Counted from the first letter of the stretch, positions 16,460 through 27,742 are shown. The stretch: DNA of 64,000 nucleotides from Desulfovibrionales bacterium (GCA_012727715.1 JAAYGN010000197.1:2060-66059), one strand, 5' to 3'. Translations and numbers: made by a program. Notes: generated by a model from the letters alone, not told the origin.

Positions 16460-17470
16460 ATGCGCCAAGTTACTGTTGTCGAACATCTTTTGCTTCGCCA
16501 AAAAGAACGCCCCCTGGCCTCAGGACGATTTACTCGACTACTGAACGAACTCATTTTATCTGCTAAAATTATTGGCCGTGAAGTCTCACGGGCAGGCCTT
16601 CTTGATGTTTTGGGAGGCACGGGTGAAGTGAATGTACAGGGAGAAATGGTGCAAAAACTTGATGACTTTGCCAATCGCGTCATTATCCGACGCATGGAAA
16701 GAGCTGGAGTGTTGTGCGCCATGGTGTCAGAAGAAAATGCTGATGTCATAGAAATCCCACGACAATTCCCCACAGGAGACTATATCCTGATCTTTGACCC
16801 CCTGGATGGATCGGCGAATATAGATGCCAATGTCAGTATTGGAACGATTTTTGGTATTTACAGACGCTCCTCCTTTAATGACGAGAGTGTATCTATTAGT
16901 GAAATATTACAAAAAGGATCCAACCAGGTGGCCGCAGGATACATTATCTATGGATCCAGCACCATGTTGGTCTATACCGCTGGCAGTGGAGTGCATGGTT
17001 TTACTCTTGATCCCAGTGTTGGAGAATTCTTGCTCTCCCATCCAGACATTAAAATCCCTGAACAAGGAAAAATTTATTCTGTGAATGAAGGCTATGCCTC
17101 ATATTGGGATACAGCCACTCAAAAAATAGTAGAAACTTTTAGGAATTCTCATGCATCGCATGGGCGTTCTTATAGCTTGCGATACATTGGTTCGTTAGTT
17201 TCTGATTTCCATCGCAATCTTATTTACGGTGGTATATTTATGTACCCAGCTGATGCTCGTGATCCCAAAAAGACCACTGGTAAACTGCGTTTAATGTGTG
17301 AGGCAGCACCTATGGCCTTTATTGTGGAACAAGCTGGAGGTATGGCCATTGACGGCATCAGGCGTATTTTAGACATTGAGCCAACAGAATTGCACCAACG
17401 TGTTCCTCTATTTATTGGTTCCAAGGCTGATGTAGAAACTGTCCAAAAAATGTACTCTGACTTTGCATAA
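16460..17470 (+). CDS. fbp: Class 1 fructose-1,6-bisphosphatase
   Basis: [47 protein letters not shown]; start ATG 16460. Confidence 0.95.
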   Translation: MRQVTVVEHLLLRQKERPLASGRFTRLLNELILSAKIIGREVSRAGLLDVLGGTGEVNVQGEMVQKLDDFANRVIIRRMERAGVLCAMVSEENADVIEIPRQFPTGDYILIFDPLDGSANIDANVSIGTIFGIYRRSSFNDESVSISEILQKGSNQVAAGYIIYGSSTMLVYTAGSGVHGFTLDPSVGEFLLSHPDIKIPEQGKIYSVNEGYASYWDTATQKIVETFRNSHASHGRSYSLRYIGSLVSDFHRNLIYGGIFMYPADARDPKKTTGKLRLMCEAAPMAFIVEQAGGMAIDGIRRILDIEPTELHQRVPLFIGSKADVETVQKMYSDFA

Positions 17471-17630
17471 CAAAGTACGTACCCCAGCCCTTTACCCAAG
17501 CACCTATCCCGCAGGTACAAACTGATTGGTTTTTAGGTGCTTCATATTTTTGTTATAATCATACCCAATTGTTGAAGAGCTATATTTACCTATTACTTTT
17601 GCCCACGTATAAAGTCCCATTGAGCATCCT

Positions 17631-18695
17631 ATGATCTGTCTTGGTATTGAGACGTCGTGTGACGAAACTTCTGTTGCTGTTTGGTCACAGGAAAACTTAC
17701 TTAAAGAAATTACCCATACCCAAATTTCCATGCACTCTGTCTTTGGTGGAGTGGTTCCAGAGCTTGCATCGCGGGAACATCTACGAAAATTGGATACACT
17801 GATATCTTTGCTCCAAAAAGAATTAGGAAGCGACCTGTTTTCGCGTCTTGACCTTATTGCTGTAACACGAGGACCAGGTTTGCTGGGAGCCTTGTTAGTG
17901 GGAATAGCTTACGCCAAATCATTGGCTCTGGGACTTGAAATACCCATTATTGGAGTAAACCACCTGCATGCCCATTTATTAGCTTGTAATTTCAGTGCAC
18001 CCATTACCTATCCTGCTTTAGGCGTGCTGGTATCTGGCGGACATACCCATATTTACCAGATGGATTCTGCCCATTCTTTTATCCTGCTGGGAAAAACTCT
18101 AGATGATGCTGCGGGTGAAGCCTTTGATAAAATAGGGAAAATTTTAAATCTTCCCTATCCTGGGGGGAAATACATTGATCTGCTGGGCCAAAGGGGTACG
18201 GCAAACTCTAAAATCTTTACCAAACCCTATCTTAATAATGACAATTGTGATTTTAGCTTTAGTGGCTTAAAAACCGCTGTATATAACTTTATACAAAAAA
18301 ATGAGATCCCTGCGCTTAATTATGAAAACTTGAATCTTGAGGCAGTCCCCCAGCAGGTTAGGGATCTTTGTGCAACGGTCAATGAGGTTATTGTGGAAAC
18401 TATTGTGGAAAAAACACGTCGAGCTTTGGCCTTATGCCCTAAAACGCGTACCATTTGCTTGGCTGGCGGCGTGGCTGCCAACACCCTGCTCAGACAACGG
18501 GTTGACAACTTTGCTCAAACCCGAAATATAAATTTTTTAGCGCCACCCCAAAACTATTGTGGTGATAATGCTGCTATGATAGCTTACGCAGGTATTCAAC
18601 TGGCTCGTTGTAATCAAAGCAGTGCTTTGGACTTTGAGGCTATTCCTCGAGGTCAGCTGTTTCCTGATGATTATATTTCTAAACCTCTTTCTTAA
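17631..18695 (+). CDS. tsaD: tRNA N6-adenosine threonylcarbamoyltransferase
   Basis: LGIETSCDET, GGVVPELASREH, HLHAH, DDAAGEAFDK, SFSGLKT, DNAAMI. Confidence 0.95.
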   Translation: MICLGIETSCDETSVAVWSQENLLKEITHTQISMHSVFGGVVPELASREHLRKLDTLISLLQKELGSDLFSRLDLIAVTRGPGLLGALLVGIAYAKSLALGLEIPIIGVNHLHAHLLACNFSAPITYPALGVLVSGGHTHIYQMDSAHSFILLGKTLDDAAGEAFDKIGKILNLPYPGGKYIDLLGQRGTANSKIFTKPYLNNDNCDFSFSGLKTAVYNFIQKNEIPALNYENLNLEAVPQQVRDLCATVNEVIVETIVEKTRRALALCPKTRTICLAGGVAANTLLRQRVDNFAQTRNINFLAPPQNYCGDNAAMIAYAGIQLARCNQSSALDFEAIPRGQLFPDDYISKPLS

Positions 18696-18705
18696 GGAGT
18701 AAATA

Positions 18706-19023
18706 ATGGCTCTACAAGTAAATGATGCAAATTTTGAAAACGAAGTTCTTAAAGATAACCTTCCTGTTTTAGTTGACTTCTGGGCTCCCTGGTGTGGTCC
18801 TTGCCGAGCCATTGCTCCGGTTATTGAAGAGTTGGCCCAAGAATTTGAAGGAAAAGTTAAAATTCTCAAAATGAATGTTGATGAAAACCCCAGCACTCCA
18901 AGCAAATTTGGCATTCGTGCTATTCCAACCTTGATTCTTTTTAAAAATGGCGAAGCTATAGAGCAAGTTACAGGTGCTGTTTCCAAAGCAAGCCTGAAAC
19001 AAATGCTCACTGACAAGGCTTAG
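18706..19023 (+). CDS. trxA: Thioredoxin
   Basis: VDFWAPWCGPC, IPTL. Confidence 0.97.
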   Translation: MALQVNDANFENEVLKDNLPVLVDFWAPWCGPCRAIAPVIEELAQEFEGKVKILKMNVDENPSTPSKFGIRAIPTLILFKNGEAIEQVTGAVSKASLKQMLTDKA

Positions 19024-19038
19024 AGCAAAAAAACAGGT

Positions 19039-19066
19039 AAGGGTGAGCTGTAAATGCCACCCTTTT
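19039..19066 (+). terminator. Rho-independent terminator after trxA
   Basis: AAGGGTG(A)GC-loop-GCCACCCTT followed by Ts. Confidence 0.55.
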
Positions 19067-19126
19067 CTCTCCACCCTTTTGTATTACATGGCACAGGCCT
19101 GAGTAATCTTTATATTGAGAAGCCCT

Positions 19127-19840
19127 ATGCGCAAATATTTGTTTCTCCTGGTGTTGGTATTTTTCATGAATGGTTGTGGAATCATTGACCATTATTTTAT
19201 TACTCCTCCAGAAGACACAGCCCAGGAACTCTTTGAAAATGCTCGGGCCCATATGAATGAAAAGGAATATGATGCGGCCATAAACCAACTCACAGCCCTG
19301 AATGATCGCTATCCCTTCAGCCCCTATGCCGTCCAAACTCGGCTTATGCTTGGCGATGCATATTTTCTGGACCAACGCTATGACGAAGCTGTGGATGTAT
19401 ATGATGAATTCTTAAGCCTCCACCCGCGACATGAATCCGTAGACTATGTCCTTTTTCAAATGGGGGTAAGCAAATATAAATCACATAAATCCATTGATCT
19501 TCCTCAAAATGAGCTTGCTGAAGCTGTTGAATCTTTCCAGCATATCCTTGATGCGTATCCACAAAGCACCTACCGGGAAGACTCCCTTGCCTATATTGTA
19601 AAATGCAGAACGCGAATGGCTGAGCATGAACTGTTTGTTGCCGACTTTTACTTTAAATCCAGTTCCTACAAAGCAGCATGGACCAGATATACCTATGTCG
19701 TTGATAATTTTCCAGAGCTTCCAGAGATTGTTGAATACGCTGATACACGAGCAAAAGTTGCATTTTTCCATTATCAGCAAGAAGAAAATACCAACAAAAG
19801 ACACCCAAGCTTTATCAAAAATCTTTTTCGATGGCTCTAA
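19127..19840 (+). CDS. bamD: Outer membrane protein assembly factor BamD
   Basis: Lipobox MNGC, YPFSPYA, FLSLHP...DYVLF, AEHELFVADFY. Confidence 0.9.
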   Translation: MRKYLFLLVLVFFMNGCGIIDHYFITPPEDTAQELFENARAHMNEKEYDAAINQLTALNDRYPFSPYAVQTRLMLGDAYFLDQRYDEAVDVYDEFLSLHPRHESVDYVLFQMGVSKYKSHKSIDLPQNELAEAVESFQHILDAYPQSTYREDSLAYIVKCRTRMAEHELFVADFYFKSSSYKAAWTRYTYVVDNFPELPEIVEYADTRAKVAFFHYQQEENTNKRHPSFIKNLFRWL

Positions 19841-20152
19841 CGCTCTTGGATCTACTCCAATGCCTTAATGACACGATTTCTAGTAATATTAATTGCTTTT
19901 AATCCGTCCTGGTACTTCCTGTAGGAAACAAACAACAGGCAAAGTCTACAATATCTCCTCACACTGGTGACTTTTTTACGCCTTTACAAGGCCGCCCATC
20001 TTTATACTCAAGTCGCTTAAAAGCATGGTCTGACAAACCATGGTCATCTAGCGCGTACTGCATATTCTACTCAAAACACCCATTTCCAATCTTGATCCTC
20101 ACTTCATTCTGTGTGATCAAAAGATGTTGGTCAAAACTTCAGGAGGGACATT

Positions 20153-23100
20153 ATGGGAAAGGTTCAGCAAACCTGGAATACGTTTTTATGGTGGCAAAAA
20201 TCTCTTATTTACGCTACAATACTCCTTTTTCTTTATACCCTGCTTGGATTTATCCTTGTCCCCCAAATCACTTATTACGTCCTTGAAAAAAAACTTGCCC
20301 AAAGCCTGGATCGAAATATCCAGGTGGCAGAGGTGCACTTTAATCCCTTTACCCTGACTGCACAGATCGCAGGTTTTAGTATTCAAAACAAAGAGGCTAG
20401 CACAGAGCTGGCTGGCTTTGATAGCCTTCATGCCCGCTTGGGATTTTCTTCTCTAGTGCGCTTGGCCTTGGTTATATATGATGTGCACCTGGATGCCCCT
20501 CGCCTTAATCTGGCGTTAGATAAGGATGGCCAGACCAATATCAAAGACCTGACGACCACAACAGAACAAAAGGATGCTCCAGAATCAGAGCATTCTCCCT
20601 TACCACTTATTGTTGAACCTTTGAATATAACCAATGGCACGTTGACCTTTGAAGATCAAAATAGAGGTATTAGCCATATCCTTGATCAGATCAATTTTAG
20701 CCTGCCCAAGTTTTCGTCACGACAAAAAGATTGGGAAACATTTATGTCTCCCACCCTTTCTTTTTGTGTCAACGGTGCTCCCCTTCATCTTGAAGGACGA
20801 ACCATGCCTTTTTCCCATACCCTACGCACAGAGTTTGATTTGCAGGCTGCTCATTTAACGCTGCCTCAATACTGGACCTATGCCATGGCCAGACAAAATC
20901 TTCAATTACTACAAGGTGAACTGGATATAGAAAGCCAATTGGTGTTTGAACAACACGAAAACAAACTACCCACTTTTTCTATTCAAGGACAAATCACTGG
21001 ACAAAATATAAAACTGGTTGATGCCCAGGACCAAGTTCTTTTTCTACCTCAAGTCCAAATGAAAATAGATGATATATCCATTTTAAACCAGCACCTAAAG
21101 CTAGGTAGCCTCAACATAGAAGAGCCGTTTATAAAAATTGTACGCCATAAGGACCAAACCCTGAACTGGGCAACGTACTTCACTTCTGAGCTTGAGACTC
21201 AAAATGCCACTACCGGTAGTGACCTTACTTTGGACATAGATATTAACGATACAGCTCAGAAAAATATACATAATGAAACCACTACCGAGACAACCAAAGT
21301 TATTCTTGACCATAGCCAAGAAAAAGAGGTGGAGTCAGCGTCCAACCCACAGGAACTACCCCTGCGCGTCCAAGCAGACTCCATTCAGATTCATAAAGGA
21401 CAAATTGTCTTTAACGATGAAAGTACTGGTTTTGAAAAAAATATCCAGCACCTCGATCTTACTATTACTGACTTTGATACCGCACATGAAACTACCAGCA
21501 AGATACTTTTGGATATCACAACAGCTGAAACAGAAGAAATTTCCATACATGGAACTTTGAGCCTTGCACCTTTAGCCATCAAGCCCACCATAGAAGTCAC
21601 TGCCCTGGACTTACCCTCCTATGGTTCATATTTTCAAGATCTTCTTCCTTTGACCTTGGCCAAGGCCAAGGCTGATCTGGTTATGGAGTTATCCTTGGAA
21701 GAAAGCCCCACCTCCTTGCAGCTAAATAATGGGAAAATACAAATTCACGATCTCTTGCTTAATGCTCCAGACCAGGCTGGTGAGATTTCCTTGCAGCAAG
21801 CCCTCCTGGATGAAATTTCTTTAAACTTAAGTAACAGCACCCTTAGCACAGCGACTTTGACCCTTTCAGGCTTGGAGATGCGTACTGGTGTGGACAAAAA
21901 AGGTCAGGCCCAATTATTGACAGCCTTAAAAAACCAGCCCCACTCAACAGATACCCCAACAAATTCTACAGAAAATCACGGCGAAAGTTGGAACGTTAAT
22001 ATTATGGGTCTGGATTTTAGCAATATTGCTCTGCACACTGGTGAAAAAACTACACCAACACCCATCACAATTTCTTCAGTCCAAACCGGGCAGATTGCAG
22101 TAAATACTGGTGACCAATCTGTGCATGTTGGACCTGTGAGCATAAGTCTAAGTACAGATATTGTCCGCAGGCCAAATGGTGAGCTCAATTTGCTCTCCTT
22201 GCTCGGAACAGAGCCACAGGAGACATCCACGGCCAAAGTGCAGAACAACGCATCTCCTTGGACTGTGGCTGTGGAAGAAATTGCCTTGGTCCAAAGTGCC
22301 CTGAATATAACAGACCAGAGCATAGCCAGTCCTTTGCGCCTTGAAGTTGATAATATCGCCATTACAGCCAAAAATATCTCCACAGATCTCAGCCAGGCGA
22401 TTCCTCTTGAGGGGTCTTGTCGTGTTGAAAAGACTGGCATTATCCAAACTGCTGGCACACTCACTCCCAAAACCATGGTCGGTCAAGGCACCCTAAAACT
22501 CAGTAAAATCCCCCTGCCTCTGGCGACAAATTATATTCGCGATGTGGTGCATGCCCAAATTCAAGGAGGACGGCTTGCTGGCAACCTGACCTGGAATTTG
22601 GGAGGCAAACAAGGTGCTCAGCTCGCTGGATCCCTCCAGGTAGATGGACTGCAAATACTAGAAAGCACAAATAAAAAGGAAATTTTCGGACTAAAAACTG
22701 TGGATGTTCGTCATCTTGCTTTTGGTTTAACGCCCTTAAGCGTGCGTATTGATCAAATCCACATCGTAGAACCTCGCACCACCATGACCATTGATCCTCA
22801 AGGTCAGTCAACTATGAGCCGGATTTTCCCTCCAGCCAAGCCCTCTAAAAAACAACAATCCTCAAGTTCATCCAGCCCCATTGCGGAACTTCGTATTAAT
22901 TCCGTCAACTTGAAACAAGGCCAAGTGGTTTTCTTAGATGAATCCATTGCTCCTGCCTTTCAAACCACCATCTCTCCACTGGATTTGTCCCTCAACCAGC
23001 TGTCCCTGGATCCTCGCAAAGAGAGCAGTCTGATCCTTACAGCAATAATTGATGACTCTGCTTCGCTGCATCTGGAAGGTACCATTGCGCCCTTAAAAAC

Positions 23101-24088
23101 TCCTGTGGAAGTCAATAGTAACGCAACGCTACGCAATCTGGATCTCACGGCCCTATCTCCATACGCGGCGAAATTCATTGCCTATCCCATCACCCAAGGC
23201 CAGCTGAACTGGGACGTCCAGGTGCTGGCCAAAGAAAATGCCTTAAACATGGGCAATAAAATAACAGCACAAAAACTTGAACTCGGTGACAAGGTGGAAT
23301 CGGCCAATGCCATTGACGCACCAGTCAAACTTGGCCTGGCTCTACTGCGTGACGTGTCGGGAAATATTGCCATTAGTCTTCCCATCAAGGGAGATTTAAA
23401 TGACCCCAAACTCAGTATTGGTGGTATTGTTGTCCAGGCTTTTGTAGGCTTGATCATCAAGGCCGTAGCATCTCCTTTCACCTTGCTGGCTGCCCTTATT
23501 CCCGAAGGCAGCCCCCCACTGGACCGATTACAATTTTCGCCAGGACTGGCCACAGCCACACCTAAAACCCTCACTGCCCTTACAACACTGGCAGATATTC
23601 TAGATCAACGTCCTGGTATGAGCATTGTTATCCAAGGTCAGGCCGATCCCAAAATTGACCAGCAAGGTCTGGCTGACCTACAATTTTACCATAAATTGCA
23701 GGTGATAAAGTTTGATACCCTGTCACGCAAAGAACGAGATACAACCGTTATTGACCAAATAACAATAGCTGATGAAGAATTTGGAGATATATTATGGGAG
23801 GCCTATAAAAAAGAGCCTGTGGACAAAGACAAAAATGCCCTGGGTATGCACCGGGAAGTTTCTCGAGAGATTCAGGAAGAAAAGCTTCGGGAGCGTATTG
23901 TTGTTACTGATGCTGACCTGATGCAACTGGCATCTAGCCGTGCTCAATTTGTCCAAAACTATTTGCTGGAACAAGGTGTAGCCTCAGAGCGCCTAATGCT
24001 AAACTCAGTACAATCCTCTGCCTGGTCCGGGCTGGCAGAAGTTGTTATAGAAATTCGTACTCAAGAAAACTCTTCCCCTGAACCTTAA
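20153..24088 (+). CDS. DUF748 repeat protein (AsmA-like) with C-terminal OmpA-like domain
   Basis: N-terminal TM anchor, HFNPFTL, long beta-rich repeats, APVKLGLALLRD...LPIKGDLNDP, LASSRAQFVQNYL. Confidence 0.8.
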   Translation: MGKVQQTWNTFLWWQKSLIYATILLFLYTLLGFILVPQITYYVLEKKLAQSLDRNIQVAEVHFNPFTLTAQIAGFSIQNKEASTELAGFDSLHARLGFSSLVRLALVIYDVHLDAPRLNLALDKDGQTNIKDLTTTTEQKDAPESEHSPLPLIVEPLNITNGTLTFEDQNRGISHILDQINFSLPKFSSRQKDWETFMSPTLSFCVNGAPLHLEGRTMPFSHTLRTEFDLQAAHLTLPQYWTYAMARQNLQLLQGELDIESQLVFEQHENKLPTFSIQGQITGQNIKLVDAQDQVLFLPQVQMKIDDISILNQHLKLGSLNIEEPFIKIVRHKDQTLNWATYFTSELETQNATTGSDLTLDIDINDTAQKNIHNETTTETTKVILDHSQEKEVESASNPQELPLRVQADSIQIHKGQIVFNDESTGFEKNIQHLDLTITDFDTAHETTSKILLDITTAETEEISIHGTLSLAPLAIKPTIEVTALDLPSYGSYFQDLLPLTLAKAKADLVMELSLEESPTSLQLNNGKIQIHDLLLNAPDQAGEISLQQALLDEISLNLSNSTLSTATLTLSGLEMRTGVDKKGQAQLLTALKNQPHSTDTPTNSTENHGESWNVNIMGLDFSNIALHTGEKTTPTPITISSVQTGQIAVNTGDQSVHVGPVSISLSTDIVRRPNGELNLLSLLGTEPQETSTAKVQNNASPWTVAVEEIALVQSALNITDQSIASPLRLEVDNIAITAKNISTDLSQAIPLEGSCRVEKTGIIQTAGTLTPKTMVGQGTLKLSKIPLPLATNYIRDVVHAQIQGGRLAGNLTWNLGGKQGAQLAGSLQVDGLQILESTNKKEIFGLKTVDVRHLAFGLTPLSVRIDQIHIVEPRTTMTIDPQGQSTMSRIFPPAKPSKKQQSSSSSSPIAELRINSVNLKQGQVVFLDESIAPAFQTTISPLDLSLNQLSLDPRKESSLILTAIIDDSASLHLEGTIAPLKTPVEVNSNATLRNLDLTALSPYAAKFIAYPITQGQLNWDVQVLAKENALNMGNKITAQKLELGDKVESANAIDAPVKLGLALLRDVSGNIAISLPIKGDLNDPKLSIGGIVVQAFVGLIIKAVASPFTLLAALIPEGSPPLDRLQFSPGLATATPKTLTALTTLADILDQRPGMSIVIQGQADPKIDQQGLADLQFYHKLQVIKFDTLSRKERDTTVIDQITIADEEFGDILWEAYKKEPVDKDKNALGMHREVSREIQEEKLRERIVVTDADLMQLASSRAQFVQNYLLEQGVASERLMLNSVQSSAWSGLAEVVIEIRTQENSSPEP

Positions 24089-24140
24089 AAAGTATGTAAC
24101 TCAATGTATCATACAGGTGTGCAGGAAAAACAAAACAATA

Positions 24141-25151
24141 TCAGTCACCCATCTGTAGTGCTGAAAAAACATAAAAGCAAAGAGCAGCAATAAAGGCTGA
24201 AGCTGGTATGGTCATAATCCAGGCAACTACAAGGTTACCGGCTACACCCCAACGCACGGCTGAAAAGCGTTTGGTAACCCCAACGCCAAAAATGGATGCA
24301 GAGGCTACATGGGTCGTGGAGATAGGGGCACCCATCATGGATGCTCCGGTAATGACTAAAGATGCTGAGGTTTCAGCAGCAAAACCATGGGCTGGTTCCA
24401 GTTTAAAAATCCCATGTCCCATGGTCTTGATAATTTTCCAGCCCCCTGTTGCTGTGCCCAAAGCCATGGCCAAAGCACAGACAATCTTAACCCAAAAAGG
24501 GATATAAATAGTATCAATCCTGTGAAAAAGGAAGAGAGCCAAGGCAATGATACCCATGGTTTTTTGGGCATCATTTAAACCATGGCTGGTGGCCATAAAG
24601 GCTGATGATAAAATTTGCAGCTTGCTGAACCACCTGTTTAACCGTTGGCGATGAGCTCGCCAAAATATTAGCATAAGGGTCGTCATCACCAGATAGCTTA
24701 CAGCAAAGCCAACCAACGGAGAAAGGATCAAAGGCAGGACAACTTTCATGACAATGGAGTGACCATTTAAAGAATTCATCCCACCATGGCACATGGCTGC
24801 ACCCATAAGTCCACCAATGAGGGCATGAGAGGAAGAAGATGGCAGGCCAAAGTACCAGGTTATAAGATTCCAGACAATAGCCCCACACAGGGCAGCCAAA
24901 ACTAAAATCTGACTGCCCATGACCATGTCCGTATTGACAATACCTGCCCCCAAGGTTCGAGCAACTTTCTCCCCAAGCAAAGCACCGACAAAATTCAAAA
25001 TTGCGGCCATGATCACTGCGGCCTTGGGAGACATGACCCTGGTTGAAACCACTGTCGCAATAGCATTGGCGCAATCATGGGCACCATTGGTAAAATCAAA
25101 AATCAGGGCAACAACAATAATGATGATCAGCAGCAGTGGAATCTCAAGCAT
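24141..25151 (-). CDS. pit: PiT family inorganic phosphate transporter
   Basis: NGAHDCANAIATVVST, GLPSSSSH, HGLNDAQK, PISTTH. Confidence 0.92.
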   Translation of the reverse strand: MLEIPLLLIIIIVVALIFDFTNGAHDCANAIATVVSTRVMSPKAAVIMAAILNFVGALLGEKVARTLGAGIVNTDMVMGSQILVLAALCGAIVWNLITWYFGLPSSSSHALIGGLMGAAMCHGGMNSLNGHSIVMKVVLPLILSPLVGFAVSYLVMTTLMLIFWRAHRQRLNRWFSKLQILSSAFMATSHGLNDAQKTMGIIALALFLFHRIDTIYIPFWVKIVCALAMALGTATGGWKIIKTMGHGIFKLEPAHGFAAETSASLVITGASMMGAPISTTHVASASIFGVGVTKRFSAVRWGVAGNLVVAWIMTIPASAFIAALCFYVFSALQMGD

Positions 25152-25773
25152 TCTTTAGCACCACATGCTCAATAACATCGGCCAAATCGTCAATGCGCAC
25201 AAAGGCCATCTCAAAACGGTCATAAACTTGGGTCCAGCGCATAATGTCAATAATCTCACGAGTATTTGTCGGCAACTCATCATGCAGTTCCGCAAGGCCC
25301 GTGGAAAAAAGCATCTCACATTCTATTTTAAGCTCCTTGATGGTATTAATACTTTTATCCACCTGTTTTTTACCTTCCAAAGAGCAAAGCATCTCTCCGG
25401 TGAGCCTGGCCATGGCCAAAATTTTATGAGCCATTTTACGGGCAGGAAAACGAATACTGTCAAAACCATATAGGTGCATACGCGAGGCAATGGATTTGAT
25501 TAAATTGATGGAATCTTCCTGAATCACGTTTAAAGCATAAATATCTTCGCGATCAATGGGAGTAATAAAGGCCTGGGAAAGAAGGCGGGCAATTTCACGG
25601 CTCAACTTGTCAGCGTCAGCCTCAATAAGGGTTACTGTTTTACAGGCCGCGGCAACACAAGAACAATCATTGACAATGTGCGTCAATTGCCGAGCACTCT
25701 CATTGAGAATACTATTTTGCGTATTGAGCAAGTCGTAAAAAGGAATAGCCTTGGGTAAAAAAGATAAAGCCAT
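25144..25773 (-). CDS. DUF47 / PhoU-like phosphate transport regulator
   Basis: IEADAD...FITPIDREDI; start ATG 25773 with SD GGAG; coupled to pit. Confidence 0.88.
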   Translation of the reverse strand: MALSFLPKAIPFYDLLNTQNSILNESARQLTHIVNDCSCVAAACKTVTLIEADADKLSREIARLLSQAFITPIDREDIYALNVIQEDSINLIKSIASRMHLYGFDSIRFPARKMAHKILAMARLTGEMLCSLEGKKQVDKSINTIKELKIECEMLFSTGLAELHDELPTNTREIIDIMRWTQVYDRFEMAFVRIDDLADVIEHVVLKNA

Positions 25774-25935
25774 GGGCTTGTACTCCAATGTTATAATTCA
25801 GTCTCAAAAGTTTTCTGTCTGTGGATAGCTTGGGTTAGTCCAAAGGGTAATAAGTCTACAATAGACAGCTTCATAATTCCTGGTCAGTATTAGTGCAATA
25901 CTTTAGAATCTCTTTTTGGAAAAAAATATACCCTG

Positions 25936-26685
25936 CTAAAAAAGTGCATGGGGCACACCGTGGATGGTGTGCAGAGTAATGGGAATGGCATAAACTTGGG
26001 AAAGGGATTCAGCAGACACGTCTTGGGAAGGGCCGAAAAAAAATTGCCGCCCCTGATGCAAAAGCAGGGTTTTTTGCGCATAACGCATGGCATAGCTTAA
26101 ATGATGGAGCACAAGCAGGGTACACATTTTTCTCTTTGTAGTCATCCGGACCACACAATCAAGAATTTCAATCTGATTACGAATATCCAGATGATTAATG
26201 GGCTCATCCAAAATAAGTACGGGTGTTTCTTGGACCAAAGCCCGGGCAATGAGTACTTTTTGCATTTCTCCACCACTAAGGCGGGTCACACAAACCTGAG
26301 CCATGGATTTCATGCCCAACTCATCTAAAATTTCTACCACCTTAAAACGATCTTTGGCTCCTGGCAGCCAATGCATATGCGGCCTACGCCCCAACAAAAC
26401 TGCGTCAAACACAGAAGAAGGCACCGGACTGGTAATTTGCGGTAAATAGGCAATATGCCTGGCCCGGGTAACACGATTCATGGTGGTCAGAGAACGACCA
26501 GCCAAGGTCATAGTCTGACTGTGGGCCTGTTCCAGGCCAGTGATAGATTTGGCCAAAGTACTTTTACCCGCTCCATTGGGACCAATTATGGCCAGTACTT
26601 CTCCAGGCTGCACTTGCAAAGAAATATCATCCAAAATCACCCGACCACTTCGGGCAGTAAAACTCAAATGCTGAACATCAAGCAT
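25936..26685 (-). CDS. Metal-chelate ABC transporter ATP-binding subunit (FecE/BtuD-like)
   Basis: GPNGAGKST, LSGGEMQKV, LILDEPINHLD. Confidence 0.9.
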   Translation of the reverse strand: MLDVQHLSFTARSGRVILDDISLQVQPGEVLAIIGPNGAGKSTLAKSITGLEQAHSQTMTLAGRSLTTMNRVTRARHIAYLPQITSPVPSSVFDAVLLGRRPHMHWLPGAKDRFKVVEILDELGMKSMAQVCVTRLSGGEMQKVLIARALVQETPVLILDEPINHLDIRNQIEILDCVVRMTTKRKMCTLLVLHHLSYAMRYAQKTLLLHQGRQFFFGPSQDVSAESLSQVYAIPITLHTIHGVPHALF

Positions 26686-27742
26686 TGTGGGCCGCTCCTC
26701 GAAAGAGCAAAAACAAAAATACAGGAACCCCGGTAAAAGCACAGATTATGCCAATGGGCAGCAAGGTGGGGTACAGCAGACTTTGGGCCACCAAGTCTGC
26801 GGCCAAAAGAAAAAATGCGCCAAATAATGCAGCTGAACCCAATAAAAAAAAGTGCCCGCAATGGGGAAAAAGAAGACGAATCATGTGGGGAGAGACCAGA
26901 CCGACAAAGCCAATAACACCATAAAAGGCTGTGGCAATGGCAGACATAAGGGATGCAGCAAGAAGCGAGGCGCAACGTAATTGGATAACAGAAACGCCCA
27001 AAGCTCGGGCCTGGGCATCACCCCAACGTAGGGCATCATAGTCCAAACTGTGCCTTAGAGCATAGGCTAGCCCCACAAGCATGACACAACCCACCATTAT
27101 GGCTTCGTGCCAACTGCCTTTGCTTAAATCACCAAAGGTCCAGTACACTGTGGCTGCAATTTGATGATCTGAGGCAAAATATTGCAAGGACATGGTCGCA
27201 GCTCCAAATAACGAGGACAGAGCCACACCAGCTAAAATAAGCCCTTGGGGAGTCATACCCCGCACCAAAGAAAAAGCTAAAATAAGTAAGGCTGCACTCA
27301 GTGCGCCCGCAAAAGCACCCAGAGCCACAATACTGATACCGATCATTCCAGCTGTAGAGGCCACAACAATCATGGAGAAACTGGCCCCAAAGGCAGCACC
27401 CTGGGACAGGCCCAAAGTAAAAGAAGAAGCCAGGGGATTATTTAAGACATTTTGTAAGATCACACCACTTACAGCCAAAGCCGCACCTACAGCCAACGCT
27501 GCCACAACCTTGGGCAACCGAAGATGGACAACAAAATAGCGGAGGTTTTCATCCCCGGTGCTGGAAAAAAGGGCATGAAAAATATCAGACCAGCTTCGAC
27601 TCACAGCACCAAACTTCATGCCCACAAAAGCCAGAAGCACAATACCCAGCCCTAGGGACAAAAGAAAGAGCAAGGGAGTTGATAAGCCAAGGGTGCAGGT
27701 TGCCGGAGACCGTGTTGGTTGAGAACACATCAGCCTATTCAA
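26678..27742 (-). CDS. FecCD/BtuC-family ABC permease
   Basis: LRLPK, LNNPLA...LGLSQGA, A.ALG, IGFVGLVSPH. Confidence 0.9.
   Translation of the reverse strand: MNRLMCSQPTRSPATCTLGLSTPLLFLLSLGLGIVLLAFVGMKFGAVSRSWSDIFHALFSSTGDENLRYFVVHLRLPKVVAALAVGAALAVSGVILQNVLNNPLASSFTLGLSQGAAFGASFSMIVVASTAGMIGISIVALGAFAGALSAALLILAFSLVRGMTPQGLILAGVALSSLFGAATMSLQYFASDHQIAATVYWTFGDLSKGSWHEAIMVGCVMLVGLAYALRHSLDYDALRWGDAQARALGVSVIQLRCASLLAASLMSAIATAFYGVIGFVGLVSPHMIRLLFPHCGHFFLLGSAALFGAFFLLAADLVAQSLLYPTLLPIGIICAFTGVPVFLFLLFRGAAHNA

Noticed and set aside
17498-17542. 9-bp inverted repeat AAGCACCTA/TAGGTGCTT between fbp and tsaD
   Set aside because: 27-nt spacer, no U-tract, single copy; no function supportable.
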